Positions 36,592-50,329 of a DNA stretch of 64,000 nucleotides are shown here, in pieces. This DNA comes from Octopus bimaculoides (lineage: Eukaryota): contig NC_068987.1 of assembly GCF_001194135.2 (NCBI RefSeq), positions 60,377,950 through 60,441,949 of the forward strand. Direction: 5' to 3'. A model generated the notes under the pieces. That model saw only the letters and a program-made list of their open reading frames with translations. It made no database searches and had not been told where the DNA came from. How positions within the stretch are numbered: the stretch's first letter is position 1; each line of letters begins with the position of its first letter. A program made the position numbers and the translations under genes.

Positions 36592-36812
36592 GTTCTTTTT
36601 TTACTGTATTTCTGTTACACTACAACCAATGTTTCACTTAGTTTTGAAAATAATGAAGAATTTCTGAAGTGACTGTCATTTTACTAGTCTTTAGAACATA
36701 GATTTGTTTGAAATTTTGATGGAAGATTTTAATGTAGAACATTTTTCAAAATAGAAAGCTTTTATGATAGAAGAAAGGGTAATCTTAGATAGGCTCGTAT
36801 CAAAAGTGCTAG
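36592..36812. mobile_element. old relative of the TTAA MITE at 57620
   Basis: shared blocks TTACTGTATTT, AAGAATTT, TTTGATGGAAGATTTTAA, GTATCAAAAG end. Confidence 0.4.
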
Positions 36813-36846
36813 GCTTTGTCCACTTTATATATACACAGGTATGAAG

Positions 36847-36904
<58 letters not shown>

Positions 36905-36942
36905 CCTATCTGGTGATCTAGCTATCTTGTTATATATATATA

Positions 36943-37342
36943 TAGGAGTGGCTGTGTGGTAAGTAGCTTGCTTACCAACCACATGGTTCCGGGTTCAGTC
37001 CCACTGCGTGGCACTTTGGGTAAGTGTCTTCTGCTATAGCCTCAGGCTGACCAAAGCCTTGTGAGTGGATTTGGTAGACGGAAACTGAAAGAAGCCTGTC
37101 GTATATATGTATATATATATATATGTATGTGTGTGTATGTTTGTGTGTCTGTGTTTGTCTCCCCAACATCGCTTGACAACCGATGCTGGTGTGTTTACGT
37201 CCCCGTAACTTAGCAGTTTGGCTAAAGAGACCGATAGAATAAGTACTAGGCTTCCAAAGAATAAGTCCTCGGGTCGATTAGCTCGACTAAAAGGCGGTGC
37301 TCCAGCATGGCCACAGTCAAATGACTGAAACAAGTAAAAGAG
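36943..37342 (+). mobile_element. SINE A full-length, flanked by (TA)n
   Basis: family A match. Confidence 0.92.
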
Positions 37343-37984
37343 AAATATATATATATATATTTCGTTTTGGGATTTGGTTTGCAAGATTCTTTATGTGAGT
37401 TCGTGTGTTGAAGCATATTCTCTTGTGTCTGGGGAGATTCATTTTCTTTTTGTGCCTTATAATTTAATACACTCACCGGTAAAATTTCCACTTATTCCTT
37501 ATTTTTATTTTCCTAAAATTTTCGTTGCGTCTTTCAACCTTTTCGATAGTCTTGACTCCCCAACAGTAGTATATATATATGTGTGTGTGTATACATATAT
37601 GTATATGTATGTATACATATTTGTATATATATATGTATAATTATATGCATATATATATATAAACACATACATGCTATATGCATCATACATGCATACTTAC
37701 AGACAGACAAACAGACAAACAGAAGTATATACATACCATCATAGTTACATGCATATCAACGTAAAAAATATTACATCAACTGGAGAGTATACTAATCCAT
37801 TATATAAAAAAATAAAAAAACACTGTTGAAATGTTCCTATTAAAATATCTATAAAATGTAACCCAACAGACATCATGAGCTGAGACAAGAAACAAAAGTG
37901 AACACAGAAATTAGTTCTACAGTGGAAGAGAAGAAATTTACATTAAAAATAATGAGATGGGAAACATCTTTTCCAAATTAAGGA

Positions 37985-38165
37985 GGAATCAGCAGATTTA
38001 TCTGGACTAGGATAATATAATCATTAGTGTCTTGGGATATGTAAATAATTGCCTAATCATTAATCTTGAAAAGCTAGGTTTCACAAGACCAGAAAGAACA
38101 TGGCTAATAAGATAAGTATAGCTATGGAAGCATAAAAGAATGTGAAACATTTCAGAAATCTAGAT
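37985..38165 (+). mobile_element. R4/Dong-type non-LTR element, ORF C-terminal relic
   Basis: IIISVLGYVNNCLIINLEKLGFTRPER aligns with IIIGALGFVSKCLKENLDKLGFSERE of the 44.7-kb copy. Confidence 0.7.
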
Positions 38166-38499
38166 TGTAATATAACCATCTACATTTATATAGAAAAAGG
38201 AATTTATGTATATGTACACATATGTAAGGTAGGACATTGTTTTATGCATGCAATGACATCCATCCATCAATACATACATACAAGCATATATATATATATA
38301 TACAAAGATACATATATATATATACGTGCATATATACATGAATTTATACATACATACATATATACACACATACATACATACATACATACATACATACATA
38401 CTTATATACTTGCATATATACATACATATACAGACATGCAAACATACATATATACATATATATCCATATAATGCAGTCACTCATGCATACGTACATACA

Positions 38500-38700
38500 T
38501 ACTAATCTGGAGCAAAGTATGGTTGAACTTGGGGTCATGGGGAGAGAATGCAAATAATCCTTAATTCATATGTTACAAATGATCGCAATATCTGGGACTA
38601 CAAAAATCTGTGAAACCTTTTTAAGATTTAAAGGTTTATGGTCAAAACAGGATACTTTCTTTCATAACCTTGCTACATCATAAGTGTATTGTCAAAATTT
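38500..38700 (+). mobile_element. R4/Dong-type relic (extreme C-terminus)
   Basis: LIHMLQMIAISGTTKICETF vs LILRLQIQAITGTVKICKTF. Confidence 0.6.
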
Positions 38701-38731
38701 ACTCTGAAACTAAAAAGAGAAAGAGAATAGT

Positions 38732-38886
38732 TGGCTGTGTGGTAAGTAGCTTGCTTACAAACCACATGGTTCCGGGTTCAATCCCACTGTGTGGCACCTT
38801 GGGCAAGTGTCTTCTACTATAGCCTCGAGCCGACCAAAGCCTTGTGAGTGGATTTGGTAGACAGAAACTGAAAGAAGCCCGTCGTA

Positions 38887-38971
<85 letters not shown>

Positions 38972-39194
38972 GCGTGTGTATATGTTTGTGTGTCTGTGTT
39001 TGTCCCCTAAACATCGCTTGACAACCGATGCTGGCATGTTTGCGTCCCCGTAACTTAGTGGTTCAGCAAAAGAGACCGATAGAATAAGTACTAGGCTTAC
39101 AAAGAATAAGTCCTGGGGTCGATTTGTTCGACTAAAGGCGGTGCTCCAGCATGGCCACAGTCAAATGACTGGAACAAGTAAAAAGTGTAAAGAG
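38732..39194 (+). mobile_element. SINE A with long internal (TA)n
   Basis: family A match. Confidence 0.92.
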
Positions 39195-39266
39195 TATACA
39201 TACATACATACATACATTTATACATACATATATACAAACATACATACATATTTATGTATGTATGTA

Positions 39267-39985
39267 CCTGTCGAAAGGATAACCCCGAGGACAAAGAAAT
39301 AAGAACCCACAGTATGGAGGAGGCCATAGCCACTCATAATAAAAAGGAGTACTGGTGGAATGTCCCAGTGAAAACCTCAATAAAATGTAAGCACAACAGA
39401 GCTGATATAATGATCTGGGACAGAGAAGAGAAACTGTACAGTTGTGGAAATCAGCTGCCCTGCAGATGTTAACATAAAGCTGAAAATCAGGGAAAAAGAG
39501 AATACCCATGCTGTTACTCTATCCAGATTACAAATTCAGGTTTATACGTGTAAATTTTGGAGCACTGCAAAACTAGAAAGGAGAAAGCTGATTCTAAGAC
39601 TGCAGATCCAAGCCATCACTGGAACTGTAAAAATCTGTAAAACTTTCCAGAAGTTTACCATTTAAGTATATATGAGCATGTCTACATATGCAAGTATATG
39701 CATGAGAAGACATACATACAACAAAACATAGAAACATACATACATACATGCATACATACATACAAGCATGGTGTGAGTGAATGGGCCTGCCCTGAGCATA
39801 TGCCTGTCAATCGGAGATAAGGAACTGAAAAAATGCTCCTACCCAAGAAGTCAGAGTATCCGTTGTTTTATGGAGTTTTTCCATGAGCAGCCCTTGAGCA
39901 TCTCTTCCCTTTTGAGAGTTATACTTTGTTAGAATTCTTTTTCTTTTTCTCCTTGTTTAGATACAAAACCTTCACAATAATCATA
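39267..39985 (+). mobile_element. R4/Dong-type LINE 3' end (restriction-like endonuclease + 3' UTR)
   Basis: EYWWNVPVKTSIKCKHNRADIMIWDREEK / EISCPADVNIKLKIREKEN: PD-(D/E)xK-type RLE motif; frameshift and internal deletion. Confidence 0.8.
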
Positions 39986-40090
39986 TGCACACTACACACA
40001 CACGCATTCAGAATATTGTCCTGTGCCATCCTTAATGTTTTTCTTGATGTAAATTCTTTGTGGTCAATAAAGAAATTATCATCATCATCA

Positions 40091-40145
<55 letters not shown>

Positions 40146-40172
40146 AACTGCATATTTATTACATATACTTCT

Positions 40173-40222
<50 letters not shown>

Positions 40223-41250
40223 TATATACACACACAAATAAGTAAAAGTGTAAAAAAAAGAGTACATACACACATTTGCTCTCTTTAAGATAGTATGTTC
40301 ACACTAACATCTGTGCATATGTGTCTGTGTATATGTATATAGACATACACACACATATATATATTATACATATAAACATACACATAATATACTTGCATGC
40401 ATATACATACAATAAAATTAATATGCACATTCAGTATCCCCTGAAACTGCCACATAAATATCCGTTATAAATGGCCATTATATATTTTTTACGCAGTGTA
40501 GGATTTATCAAATGTAATGCACTGCATATAAAATAGTCAAATCCCTTACTTTTAAAATATTTTAGCTTTCTTAGGTTTGGGAAAGCAAACAAGAAATATG
40601 ATATTTTCTTTTGCCAATCCATATATCTACATTTGTTATATTATGTAATATATTCATATACCTCATGATTTTTGATGCGATGGGAGGCCACAAATGGAAG
40701 TATTGGTAATATGTTAGAGTCTGAACTAAAGTGTGAGTGGTTTGCTTTGGTTTGTTTTCTATCACAAAGTAATTCGATTCTCTCCAGCTCAGCACACTTA
40801 GTCTAAAACATAAATCACAGATCATATTTACGTTTATACTTCATGCTTTGTTAGCAGCAAGAATAGCTGAGTTTTGAAATGTACCTCATGATCATCTTCT
40901 TTATAATCCTTCAGTTTTAGTATATATGTTGCCAAAGCAACTACATAACTGGCCTCTGATCATCAGAGCTGGCTGGTCTCATAACTCCACCACTCAGGCA
41001 ATCCTGACCCATCCATCTCTCACCCAGCTCTCATCACCCTTGTTGTATCCAGCCCAGTTTTCCCTGTATTAACCATTTTGTCCAATCCTTCATCCCTGAA
41101 AGATTGTCCCTCAGGAATCTCCACCTAGCTCGTGTCATTTTTGTAGGTGTTGACCTATGATAATTTCAATGGAACATTAACAGTATCACTCTTCCTAATA
41201 TCAAAGAACCTGCAAGGGCCATGGTTTTGCATCTTCCTCCAGATTCTGTT

Positions 41251-42031
41251 TATTCTTTTATTCGTTTATTCTTTTACTTGTTTCAATCATTTGACTGTGG
41301 CCATGCTGGAACACCACCTCGAAGAGTTTTAGTCGAACAAATCAACCCCAGGACTTATTTTTCTTTTTGTAAGCCTTGTACTTATCCTCTCAGTCTCTTT
41401 TGCTGAACTGCTAAGTTATGGGGATGTAAACACACCAACNNNNNNNNNNNNNNNNNNNNNNNNNNNNNNNNNNNNNNNNNNNNNNNNNNNNNNNNNNNNN
41501 NNNNNNNNNNNNNNNNNNNNNNNNNNNNNNNNNNNNNNNNNNNNNNNNNNNNNNNNNNNNNNNNNNNNNNNNNNNNNNNNNNNNNNNNNNNNNNNNNNNN
41601 NNNNNNNNNNNNNNNNNNNNNNNNNNNNNNNNNNNNNNNNNNNNNNNNNNNNNNNNNNNNNNNNNNNNNNNNNNNNNNNNNNNNNNNNNNNNNNNNNNNN
41701 NNNNNNNNNNNNNNNNNNNNNNNNNNNNNNNNNNNNNNNNNNNNNNNNNNNNNNNNNNNNNNNNNNNNNNNNNNNNNNNNNNNNNNNNNNNNNNNNNNNN
41801 NNNNNNNNATTTATATTTATATATATATATTTATATTTATATTTATATTTATATTTATATATACATATGACAGGCTTCTTTTAGTTTCTGTCTATCAAAT
41901 CCACTCACAAGGCTTTGGTTGGCCTGGGGCTATAGTAGAAGCCACTTGCCAAAGATGCTACACAGTGGTACTGAACCCAAAACCTTGTGGTTGAGAAACA
42001 AGCTCCTTACTACACAGCCTTGCCTACACCT
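41251..42031 (-). mobile_element. SINE A spanning a gap
   Basis: family A 3' half before and 5' half after the N-run. Confidence 0.8.
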
Positions 42032-42056
42032 ATAACCACTCCTAATGCACCTCAGG

Positions 42057-42330
42057 CATGGACATGGTTATGTGGTTAAGAAGGTTTCTTTGCAACCTCA
42101 TGAATTCAGGTTCAATTCCATCATGTAGCACCTTGGGAAAGTGTTTTCGTTTCTATAGCCCCGGAATAACCAATGCCTTGTGAGTGAATTTGGTAAACAA
42201 AAACTGAGCAGAAGTTCATCGTGTGTGTGTGTCTGTGATTGTGTTTGTCCTATTGCCACGTCATAACTGGTGTTAGTTTGTTTATGCCCTTGTAATTTAG
42301 TGGTTCAGCAAGAGACCTGATTTATTCAGT
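42057..42330 (+). mobile_element. SINE A, old diverged copy head-to-head with the previous one
   Basis: GGTTCAATTCC...GCACCTTGGGAAAGTG...GCCTTGTGAGTGAATTTGG. Confidence 0.7.
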
Positions 42331-42817
42331 TAAAGCCTTCAAGTAGGTACCACCAAAATGCCAAACTTTCCAATAACCAAAACAACTAAAATGTAAAAGA
42401 TGGTAGAAAAAAGAAAACATTTCATGATTGCTACAGAATTTTAATTAATTTTTTTTATAGGATACATACTTCTTCGACAGACAAGTATTTTGTCTGACAT
42501 TTTAATGATTCTGTCAGCTTACCACTTTCAGAATATAAATTAACCATTAGTAAATCTGCAGTGATTATAAATCAATATCTGTATAATGAGGTCATCTTAG
42601 CCTTTCATCTCTTCTGAGTCAATAAAAGAAAGTACCAGTCAACTAATGGGATTGATGCAATCAACTCGTCCCATCCCCTCAAAATTCAACCCCTCAATGG
42701 TCTGACATCCCATTCAAGGGGAAATTTGTGATCACGATTATATGCCATGGAAAGTGGGTAACCAGCATTATAGGGTCTTAGAGTTTGAGGGAAAAAGTAT
42801 TACATTAAATATAGACA

Positions 42818-42986
42818 CAGGCATGGCTTAGTGGTAAAAAGCTTGCTTCCCAACCACATGGTTCTGGGTTCAGTCCCACCATGTGGCACCTTGGGCAAGT
42901 GTCTTCTACTATAGCCTCAGGCTGACCAAAGCCTTGTAAGTGACTTTGGTAGATGGAAACTGTAAAAAGCCTGTTATATATATATA
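42818..42986 (+). mobile_element. SINE A 5' half ending at its internal (TA)n
   Basis: family A match. Confidence 0.8.
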
Positions 42987-43428
42987 AGGGCCTCTCGCTC
43001 AGGGTGAAAGGTAGACTGTATGATGCATGTGTGTGAACTGCCATGCTACACAGCAGTGAAACATGGGCCATGACTGTTGAGGACATACATAGGCTTGAAA
43101 GAAATGAAGCTAGTATTATCCATTGGATGTGTAATGTCAGTGTGCATGCATGACAGAGTGTAAGCGCCCTGAGAGAAAAGTTGAGCATAAGAAGCATCAA
43201 ATGTGGTGTGCAAGAGAGACGACTGTGCTGGTATGGTCATGTGTTAGAAATGGATGAGGACAGCTGTGTGAGGAAGTGCCACACCATAACTGTGGAAGAG
43301 GTAGACCCAGGAAGACATGGGATGAGGTAGTGAAGTATGACCTTCGAACATTGGGCCTCAAAGAAGCAATGACAGGAGACCAAGACCTCTGGAGATGTGC
43401 TGTTATTGAGAAGACCTATTTGACCAAA
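42987..43428 (+). mobile_element. RTE ORF2 C-terminal relic
   Basis: KGLSLRVKGRLYDAC...SETWAM...RRLCWYGHV...CGRGRPRKTWDEVVKYDLRTLGLKEAMT. Confidence 0.88.
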
Positions 43429-43477
43429 ACACTTTTAAACAATTATGTAGAAGTATAACTGTGTATACATACATATA

Positions 43478-43517
<40 letters not shown>

Positions 43518-43578
43518 AACATATAAAACGCAAGCACATATACATATACATGCACATATAGTTACATATGTGTTTATG

Positions 43579-43660
<82 letters not shown>

Positions 43661-44344
43661 GCAGGGAGAAAGAGAAAGGGAAAGAGAAAGTGGGGAAAAA
43701 GAGAAAAAGGGGAAGAAGAGAGAGAGGGGGGAAAGAGAGAAAAAGTAAGAGAGAAATTAACAGATAGATATGCACATATAAATTTATAGTTAATTTAAAG
43801 AAAGGAAACCAATTTATTCTCAATTAATCAATGCTGCAGGCGTATTCGAGATTAATGATGTAAACGTGACAATCTTTGCATCCCCACCCTGACCCCCGCC
43901 TCTAGTTCAACAATTTGTGAGCCATGACATCTTAGTTGGAAAACATTGATATATAGGTTTATCTTGACATATCACAAGAAGTGCTTTTGTGAAGGACAAA
44001 GAGACAAGGGACAAGGAGACCGAAATCACAGAAACATGTATATATGTGTGTATGTGTGTGTGCATGCACGCACACATGTATAATACATACTCAAGTATAT
44101 ATGTACACATACAAACACACATACACACATACAAACACACATACACACATGCAATTTACGCATGAAGATTTGTCTTGATAAATCACAAAATTTACAAGAA
44201 CTATTTTAATGGCAGGCAAGGGTAGTGGACAGAAAGATTGAAATCACTGGACATCATATATTTGGTGTGTGTGTGTGTGTGATACATGTAAAATACATAT
44301 ATTTATATATGTACATATATACATATGTATGTGTGTGTATGTAA

Positions 44345-45135
44345 GTCATTATTCAGCTTTATTTCAAGATTTCTTGCTGATAGAGAAAGAACCAGTTTCT
44401 AACCTAGATCCAAGGCTCTTTCGTTGGAATGTCAGCAAAACCAACAGGGTATTTTTGCATGTATGTATGTATGTATGTATGTATGTGTGTGTATGTGTGT
44501 GTGTGTGTGTATACGTGTAGATTTGTATATTTTGTTTTATGTATCTATTTTCATGCATATAATTGCATGTCTCTTCTGTTTTTATAAATCTTCCACTAAG
44601 GAGGGAGTCGGTTTCCAACAAAAATACAAGGCTCCATCTTTGAGATGTAGTTAATACAGACAAATGAACATTTGGAACTTGAGAAAAGTCTTGCATATTT
44701 TTACTGTTCCACTCACAGATTACATTTATAATGTACGAATTAGCCGGCTGGTTTCTCTTTCTGAAAATCCCAGTTTATCCAGATTCTCCTTTAAGCATTT
44801 ACTAACAAAACCTAGAGCTCCAATTATTATTGGTATATATATGAATTCATAGTCTGGATACAGAAGCTGGAGGTTTTGAAACAGTTGTCTATAGACAACT
44901 TTGATTTTCCTTTGATGGCATATACCTTTGCTCCTCTGTCCCAAACAACAATATCTGGCCTGTTATGCTTACTTTTGATAAAAGTTTTGATGGGAATATT
45001 TCACCAGTATTCCTTGAGTTGGTGTTTATGAATGTATTTCATAGCAGAGGGATTTTCTAAGTTTATTTCAGGACAATCTTTTTTGCAGATGGCATTGTAA
45101 ATTGTTTTAGCAACACCATCATGCTACATAGGGAG
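44345..45135 (-). mobile_element. R4/Dong-type LINE 3' end
   Basis: HDGVAKTIYNAI..KEYW*NIPIKTFIKSKHNRPDIVVWDR...NLQLLYPDYEFIYIPIIIGALG; 3' UTR ends AAATAAAGCTGAATAATGAC next to ACAT-rich repeats. Confidence 0.82.
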
Positions 45136-46356
45136 ACTGTGCGATGTGAGATGAGGGGAATGGCATCCTTAGTACCACATCACACAGCCAATATAATAAA
45201 TATATATTGAATAATACATATAAGTGCTAGAGGGAAAAAGAGAAACACAACTGAGTAGAATGTCTAAGAGAAGATTTATTGATATATTAACATGTGTGAC
45301 TGTGTGTGCATCATGTTTACAGAATAATAGACCGGCCATCATGAGAACAAGATGTATGTGTGTGTAAGCATAGATGTATGCGCGTGTTAGGAACATATAA
45401 GAATAGCAATGAAGAAGAAGACAGTGAAAGAATTTATAAAGAGAAGTGAGAAGATTGTTCATAGACACAAGTAAGATCATTAATACCAGTTTATAGTCAT
45501 TGGTACACAGTAGTTGAAATACTATATTAAGAAGTTGCAGCCATGATGCTGAGGTAGTTGGAAGTACATGTCGTATGTGAAGTTGTGGCTGTGATACTGC
45601 TGCCTGGGTCACTTGGTACAAGAGTTCTTACAGGCTGTACATTCACTGTTGATTCATGGTGAAGTAATTCATGAATAGTGAAGTATTGGAAGCTGGGCAA
45701 GTTGCTTGTTGAGTTGTGTGCATAGAGAGATGATGTTGACGACATTAAAAAGATGATAGGGGTAACGAAGACGGACATTACTGTAATGATGTTGGACGAA
45801 GTTGGTAAGTCTCAACGTGGATGCTGTGGTGTTGTCACTGGAACTGGCTGTGTCTTGTGTGGTCAGTGGCTAAACTATGAAAGGTCTGAAACCAAAGACA
45901 TATAATGAGGAAAATGATGAGTTTTTATAGGGAGCAGTAGGCTCGAAATGAGTTCAGAAAAAGTTGTTCACATGATGCTATCTAAAGCCTCTGACTGGCT
46001 ATCCACAGTCAGTTGGCACAACAGAGTAGGAGACAAATTGTGCCAATACCAACCAATCGGGGTAGTGGACACAATGGGATACAAACAGTGGCCAAAGGCC
46101 AGTTGGTCCCTGTTACATTTGAAAGCACATATATATAGAGAGTCTATGCTACAGTAGTACCGTGACAACATTTTAGGACAGCTGCTAATCACATGTATGA
46201 TGTTTGTATGTATTGTGTATTATCACTATCATCATCACCACCACTATCATCATCATCCTCATCATCATCATCTTACACTCATGATTTTTCTATGTTGGTG
46301 TTGAATGGGCTTATCTCACAGAATCCCATCACTACACTGGTTCAAATTATTTACAG

Positions 46357-47355
46357 CAGTGGTTCCCAACCCTTTTCAGCCCAGGGACCATTTTTTACTT
46401 GAAAAAATTTCTAGAGACCACTTCTACTTTTACTTTATACTGTTCTATTTTCACACTAAGATACTTAATGAAAGGACAAAATAGTCTATTTACACTTTAA
46501 AATTTGTTTTAGCAAACCAAAGATAAAATTTAAAATTTATTTTAGCAAACCAAAGATAAAATTTAAAATTTATTTTAGTGAACAAAGATAAACACAAGAT
46601 ATCAAAAACATTTTTCATAGTCGTTCTTTTTCAGTCCATTCAGCTAGTGACTAGCTTGATATTGGTGTTTCTGACACAAGATATCATAATCAATTTTAAT
46701 GAACTTATTTTAGTCTTAGTCTAATAGTTCCTCTGCTTTTGATATCTAATTTATTTCTTTTTCTACTTAAAATACAACAGCAGGAAATGCAGATTCCACC
46801 ATCCATGTGGTAGGGATAGAAATGATGCTTGCTTCTACATGTTGAAAAATATTTGGGTGTGATTCCTTTATTGATATGTAGGCAAAGACACCTTCTTTTC
46901 AACTCTTCTTCTCAGTTTCATATTCTCTTTCAAATCCAACAACATTTCAGCCAACTCAAAATTTTCATCTCCTGGCCCATAATTTTCTAGGTCTACAAAC
47001 CAGAGTGGATAATCTATCTTTAATAAATTATTGTATCTTCTCTCAAAGTCTACATGAAGACCTTCAAGATGGGTAATGCATGCAGCAATGCATTCTGGTG
47101 TAGGAACAGTGATGTTAACGTTTTGAAATGATGCCAAATTTCTTTTTTCAAACTGTTTTTTCTAAAATTTTAATTTCCCCATATACCTTTTTACCTTCTG
47201 AGAACAGGTGACCAATTCTGATTTTCTACCTTGCAGCTCTAAGTTAAGCAGATTCGTTGTTTTAGAAATATCACTCAAGTGGAATATTTTTGATTTAAAC
47301 TCAGAAAGTCTTTCCAAAATTTTCTTAGCTGTATCAGCTTGCTTTCTCGTTGTGC
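46357..47355 (-). mobile_element. hAT (Charlie/SPIN-like) transposon relic: transposase C-terminus + terminal sequence
   Basis: Terminus CAGTGGTTCCCAACC at 46357; HLSDISKTTNLLNLELQG, HLEGLHVDFERRY, IPTTWMVESAF, LSRKRNKLDIKSRGTIRLRL; internal tandem duplication of about 35 bp near 46500-46580. Confidence 0.85.
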
Positions 47356-47381
47356 TACCAGTAAGACACATGTGCGTTGTA

Positions 47382-47420
<39 letters not shown>

Positions 47421-48009
47421 ATGTGCGTGTGCATGTGTGTGCATGCAGGTAAGGTTAATACTGTGCCATGACACCATGTGGATTGCTTTCCTCATTGATA
47501 GGCCATTGGTATGAGGAATCATAGCTTGTTATGTTAAGGCTTTTAATTTAGATGGTGGAATTTAGGATGTTTCTTTAGTGTTGTGGTTAGCACTTCTGTA
47601 TGGCTTATAGCAAATGTAAAGGTCATTTCTCATATGTGATGTAAAATTTTTTTCTTTCTCCTCTATCTCTCTCAATATATATTTGAGCTGCAGGAGTGAC
47701 TGTGTGGTAAGAAGCTTGTTTCTTGCATCCATCTTTGTAATGCCTTTATGGCAAATTTTATGAAATAAAGAAGCTTGCTTCCCAATCACATAGTTCCAGG
47801 TTCAGTCCTACTGCATGCCACATTGGGCAAGTGTCTTCTACTATACCCTCAGGCTGGCAAGCTGGAGAGCTGTACCAGGTTACAGGATGATTTGACTCAG
47901 TTTCTACAGTTAGATGTGCTTCCTATAAATAATCACCTTACAGAGTGTGCTGGGTGTTTTGTTAAAAGTACCTGCATGGGCACTATGTACAGGACTGGCA
48001 CGGGTACTT

Positions 48010-48018
48010 TTTAGATAG

Positions 48019-48111
<93 letters not shown>

Positions 48112-48210
48112 TAGATAGAGAGAGAGATAGAGAGATAGACTGACAGACAGCCAGACAGGTAGGTAGGTAATAGATAGATAGATAGATAGATAGATAGACA
48201 AACAGACAGG
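48010..48210. repeat. (GATA)n/(GACA)n/(GGTA)n compound tetranucleotide array
   Basis: direct inspection. Confidence 0.95.
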
Positions 48211-49117
48211 CATGCAGACAGATAAATATAAATATATATATATATATGTACATATATACATAATATATTATGTATATAGCCTTTGTGTAGATATACACAC
48301 ACACATTTGTATCTGTGTATGTTTGAATCACATACACATGTTTATATCAGTGTTTGACTCAATGTGATTTCACAGAAACACTGTTGCGCAGTGACAACAC
48401 TGTTTATGCAAAGCATAAACAATGTCACCGCCGTGTTGTTCAGCAGATCTCCTTACAGAAAAATGGAATAAATTACCTTAACTGAAATCAAATAAAAGAT
48501 GGTCTCATGAAGAGCTTTGGCTCTAGAATACTACTGGAAGAAGTTTCATTCTGTCCAAGCCAGCATGGAATAAGTGGATGTAAAAATAATGTTGATGATC
48601 ATGATTATGATAATAATCATGATGACAATAATGATGTCACCTGAAGATTGTGAACAAAAATTCCAAGTAACAACTCAAGCATATACAACTTTCAATAAAT
48701 ATATTGATTACTTTATCTGCTGCATTGCCATTCACACCAGTATGAAAGCAGAATAGTGTTTGTGAGAGAAAGATAGGCGGAGGAAGGGAAGTGAATGAAT
48801 ACAGCAAGAGCAGTGACAAACAGAGAAATGGTGGTGAGGGAAATGGAGGACAAATGCAGTAAGAACATCCTAGAAATCCAAGACTACCCACCTTGGTGTT
48901 CTTTTGACCAGGCTTGCACGAGGGTGTCAGATTTTTTTTTCTCACACTGTATGTCACCAATTATTGTGGACCTTTGTCATGCATATCTGTTGTAAGGTTC
49001 AACATTTTGGTATTGTGGTTAGCGCTTCTGTACTGTTTACAACAAATGCAAGGATCGTCTCTAATAGGTGATGTAATAATTTTTTTTTTCCATCTCCACC
49101 ATCTCTCTCATGGTACA

Positions 49118-49460
49118 TCTTTTATTTTTTTACTAGTTCCAGTCATTAGACTGCAACCATGCTGGGGCACTGTCTTACATTTTTAGTCAAATGTATCAAC
49201 CCCGGTACTTAATTTTTAAGTCTGGTACTTATTCTATTGGTCTCTTTCGCAGAACTGTTAAGTTACGGGATGCAAAGATACCAACACCGGTTGTCAAGTG
49301 GTGATGGATGACAAAGACATACACAAGGACTCATAAACACACGTGTGCACACACACACACATACAGTGAGCTTCTTTCAGTTTCTGTCTACCAAGTCCAC
49401 TCGTAAGACTTTGGTCAGCCCAAACAAGACACAAGGTGCTTCATAACCACAACCACAGGC
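49118..49460 (-). mobile_element. SINE A, old diverged copy
   Basis: family A match. Confidence 0.7.
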
Positions 49461-49479
49461 ATACCTTTACTTATATCCA

Positions 49480-49518
<39 letters not shown>

Positions 49519-49584
49519 TATATAATATCTATATACAAAATTAAAAACAAAGTTTGGAGGTATGAAAGGTGAATATATATTTAT

Positions 49585-49689
49585 TTAACCATGTAACTTC
49601 CATAAGATTACAGCTGTTTCACAACCTTCTTTATTTGGTACTAAGAAGGATACAAAACAGCTGTAATCCTATGAAAGTCAGATGGTTAA
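49585..49689. repeat. imperfect 105-bp inverted repeat of hammerhead-3'-half-like units
   Basis: GATTACAGCTGTTT 49606-49619 / AAACAGCTGTAATC 49655-49668 perfect; CCTTCTT/AAGAAGG inner; TTAACCAT/ATGGTTAA outer. Confidence 0.8.
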
Positions 49690-50221
49690 ATAAACATATA
49701 TATACATATACATATATATATATATATATANNNNNNNNNNNNNNNNNNNNNNNNNNNNNNNNNNNNNNNNNNNNNNNNNNNNNNNNNNNNNNNNNNNNNN
49801 NNNNNNNNNNNNNNNNNNNNNNNNNNNNNNNNNNNNNNNNNNNNNNNNNNNNNNNNNNNNNNNNNNNNNNNNNNNNNNNNNNNNNNNNNNNNNNNNNNNN
49901 NNNNNNNNNNNNNNNNNNNNNNNNNNNNNNNNNNNNNNNNNNNNNNNNNNNNNNNNNNNNNNNNNNNNNNNNNNNNNNNNNNNNNNNNNNNNNNNNNNNN
50001 NNNNNNNNNNNNNNNNNNNNNNNNNNNNNNNNNNNNNNNNNNNNNNNNNNNNNNNNNNNNNNNNNNNNNNNNNNNNNNNNNNNNNNNNNNNNNNNNNNNN
50101 NNNNNNNNNNNNNNNNNNNNNNNNNNNNNNNNNNNNNNNNNNNNNNNNNNNNNNNNNNNNNNNNNNNNNNNNNNNNNNNNNNNNNNNNNNNNNNNNNNNN
50201 NNNNNNNNNNNNNNNNNNNNN

Positions 50222-50253
<32 letters not shown>

Positions 50254-50329
50254 ACCTCCAACCTTCATAGTTTTATATACTCATTATGAAATAAATTCAG
50301 TGATCAGATTTTCTAGATTTTTCAGTTAC

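Noticed and set aside
45160-45900. LTR-retrotransposon remnant or host exon (ORFs 45169-45621, 45527-45778; plus-strand donor at 45804)
   Set aside because: No TG...CA boundaries, PBS, PPT or recognisable domain found; acceptor weak. Left unassigned.
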